Shown here: positions 63,552 through 64,000 of the stretch, one piece after another | How the letters are laid out: every line of letters starts with the position of its first letter | Position numbering within the stretch: position 1 is the stretch's first letter | Assembly (NCBI GenBank): GCA_029856145.1 | Contig: JAHQWK010000001.1 | Coordinates: 465,731 to 529,730, forward strand | Source: Promethearchaeia archaeon | GTDB taxonomy: Archaea > Asgardarchaeota > Lokiarchaeia > Sigyniarchaeales > SOKP01 | Reading direction: 5' to 3' | DNA: 64,000 nt | Notes under the pieces: generated by a model | Database searches by the model: none | What the model was told of the DNA's origin: nothing | Seen by the model: the letters and a program-made list of their open reading frames with translations, nothing else | Translations under genes and position numbers: made by a program

Positions 63552-64000
63552 ATGAAAAAGTTATGTTTAGGTATTGAATCTACTGCACATACGTTTTCAG
63601 TAGGAATTCTCGATTTTAATGGAAATGTATATAGTCTAATAAATGATATTTTCGTACCTGATAAAGGAGGACTCCATCCTGCCTTGGTTAGAGAACAACA
63701 CTTAAACAACTTTATGAAGATCATAAATCGAGCTCTATTAGAAGCAAATATCTCAATAAAAGATATTAATTTAATGGCTTTTAGTCAAAGTCCTGGTTTA
63801 GGATCTGTTTTAAAAATTGGTGCTATGGTTGCACGCATGTTAAGCCAACTCTTAAATATTCCGATTGTTGGGGTTAATCATTGTGTTGCTCATATTGAAA
63901 TAGGAAGACTATTATGCCATATTGAAGATCCTCTTGTTTTGTACGTTTCAGGTGGGAATACTATTGTAAGTGCGTATGAATCTAGTAGATACCAAATCTT
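63552..64000 (+). CDS. kae1: tRNA N6-adenosine threonylcarbamoyltransferase Kae1, N-terminal ~149 codons; the gene continues beyond the window end
   Basis: Not in the ORF track because there is no stop in the window. Hand translation from the ATG at 63552 gives MKKLCLGIESTAHTFSVGIL...SQSPGLGSVLKIGA...GVNHCVAHIEIG...LYVSGGNT. This carries the Kae1/TsaD signatures (GIE.TAH, metal-binding HxxxH, YVSGGNT). Confidence 0.9.
   Translation, partial: MKKLCLGIESTAHTFSVGILDFNGNVYSLINDIFVPDKGGLHPALVREQHLNNFMKIINRALLEANISIKDINLMAFSQSPGLGSVLKIGAMVARMLSQLLNIPIVGVNHCVAHIEIGRLLCHIEDPLVLYVSGGNTIVSAYESSRYQI

Noticed and set aside
870-63724. About 35 short ORFs (60-114 aa) in the six-frame track lie antisense to, or out of frame within, strongly supported genes. 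Examples: 870..1079, 6690..6917, 10365..10607, 12407..12655, 16510..16794, 17194..17487, 20631..20879, 24391..24594, 27315..27530, 34755..35228, 42747..42986, 44183..44365, 52388..52960, 58425..58769, 60625..60864, 61217..61865, 63249..63446, 63512..63724.
   Set aside because: Each is embedded in a longer ORF that has clear family motifs. Their translations are low-complexity Leu/Ile/Phe/Ser/Lys strings typical of off-frame reading of AT-rich DNA. None shows a recognisable motif.
1-64000. Search for tRNA, rRNA, C/D-box sRNA, CRISPR arrays, transposases, integrases, and prophage or defence islands
   Set aside because: All intergenic gaps are 280 bp or shorter and uniformly AT-rich, with no GC-rich stem-forming segments expected of tRNAs in such a genome. 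I saw no RUGAUGA...CUGA box pairs, no regularly spaced repeats, and no ORF with DDE, tyrosine or serine recombinase, Cas or restriction-enzyme motifs. A covariance-model scan (tRNAscan-SE or Infernal) would be needed to exclude small RNAs formally.

Overview
AT-rich (roughly 30% GC by eye, not computed) archaeal chromosome segment. It is almost fully coding, with about 58 genes on both strands. I recognised no rRNA, tRNA, CRISPR array, transposase or integrase. Archaeal housekeeping genes are present: an enolase fragment, RFC small subunit, TruA, aIF5B, class I CCA-adding enzyme, an EF-2 family protein, Taw1, TFB, and the conserved Rpo7-Spt4-DPCK-eS24-eS27ae-Kae1 block. These are interleaved with bacterial-type UvrB-UvrA and many eukaryote-signature proteins: a eukaryote-like STT3/AglB, three Rab/Ras-like small GTPases, one Arf/Sar-like GTPase with long extensions, two Roadblock/LC7 proteins and a HEAT-repeat protein. 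This profile fits an Asgard (Lokiarchaeia-like) genome. The best candidate for something undescribed is at 31.3-39.7 kb. A 1,242-aa protein there has an N-terminus that threads onto a Rab-like GTPase fold with all nucleotide-binding motifs destroyed, followed by about 1,050 aa of TPR/alpha-solenoid. Its neighbours are a divergent pair of unknown tandem paralogs, a TFB paralog with an atypical zinc ribbon, and an Arf/Sar-like GTPase with 134-aa N-terminal and about 105-aa C-terminal extensions. Other notable items: (1) a Pat-type GNAT fused to an acetyl-CoA hydrolase/transferase domain, divergent from acs, with a second GNAT downstream; (2) an EF-2 paralog with an altered diphthamide loop; (3) AglB with a five-repeat C-terminal extension; (4) a seven-gene co-directional block of zinc-ribbon membrane proteins and a triple winged-helix protein; (5) a Rab-like GTPase with the catalytic Gln replaced by Glu; (6) an M20 peptidase homolog that seems to lack two metal ligands. 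All functional calls come from motif recognition by eye. No database search was run.
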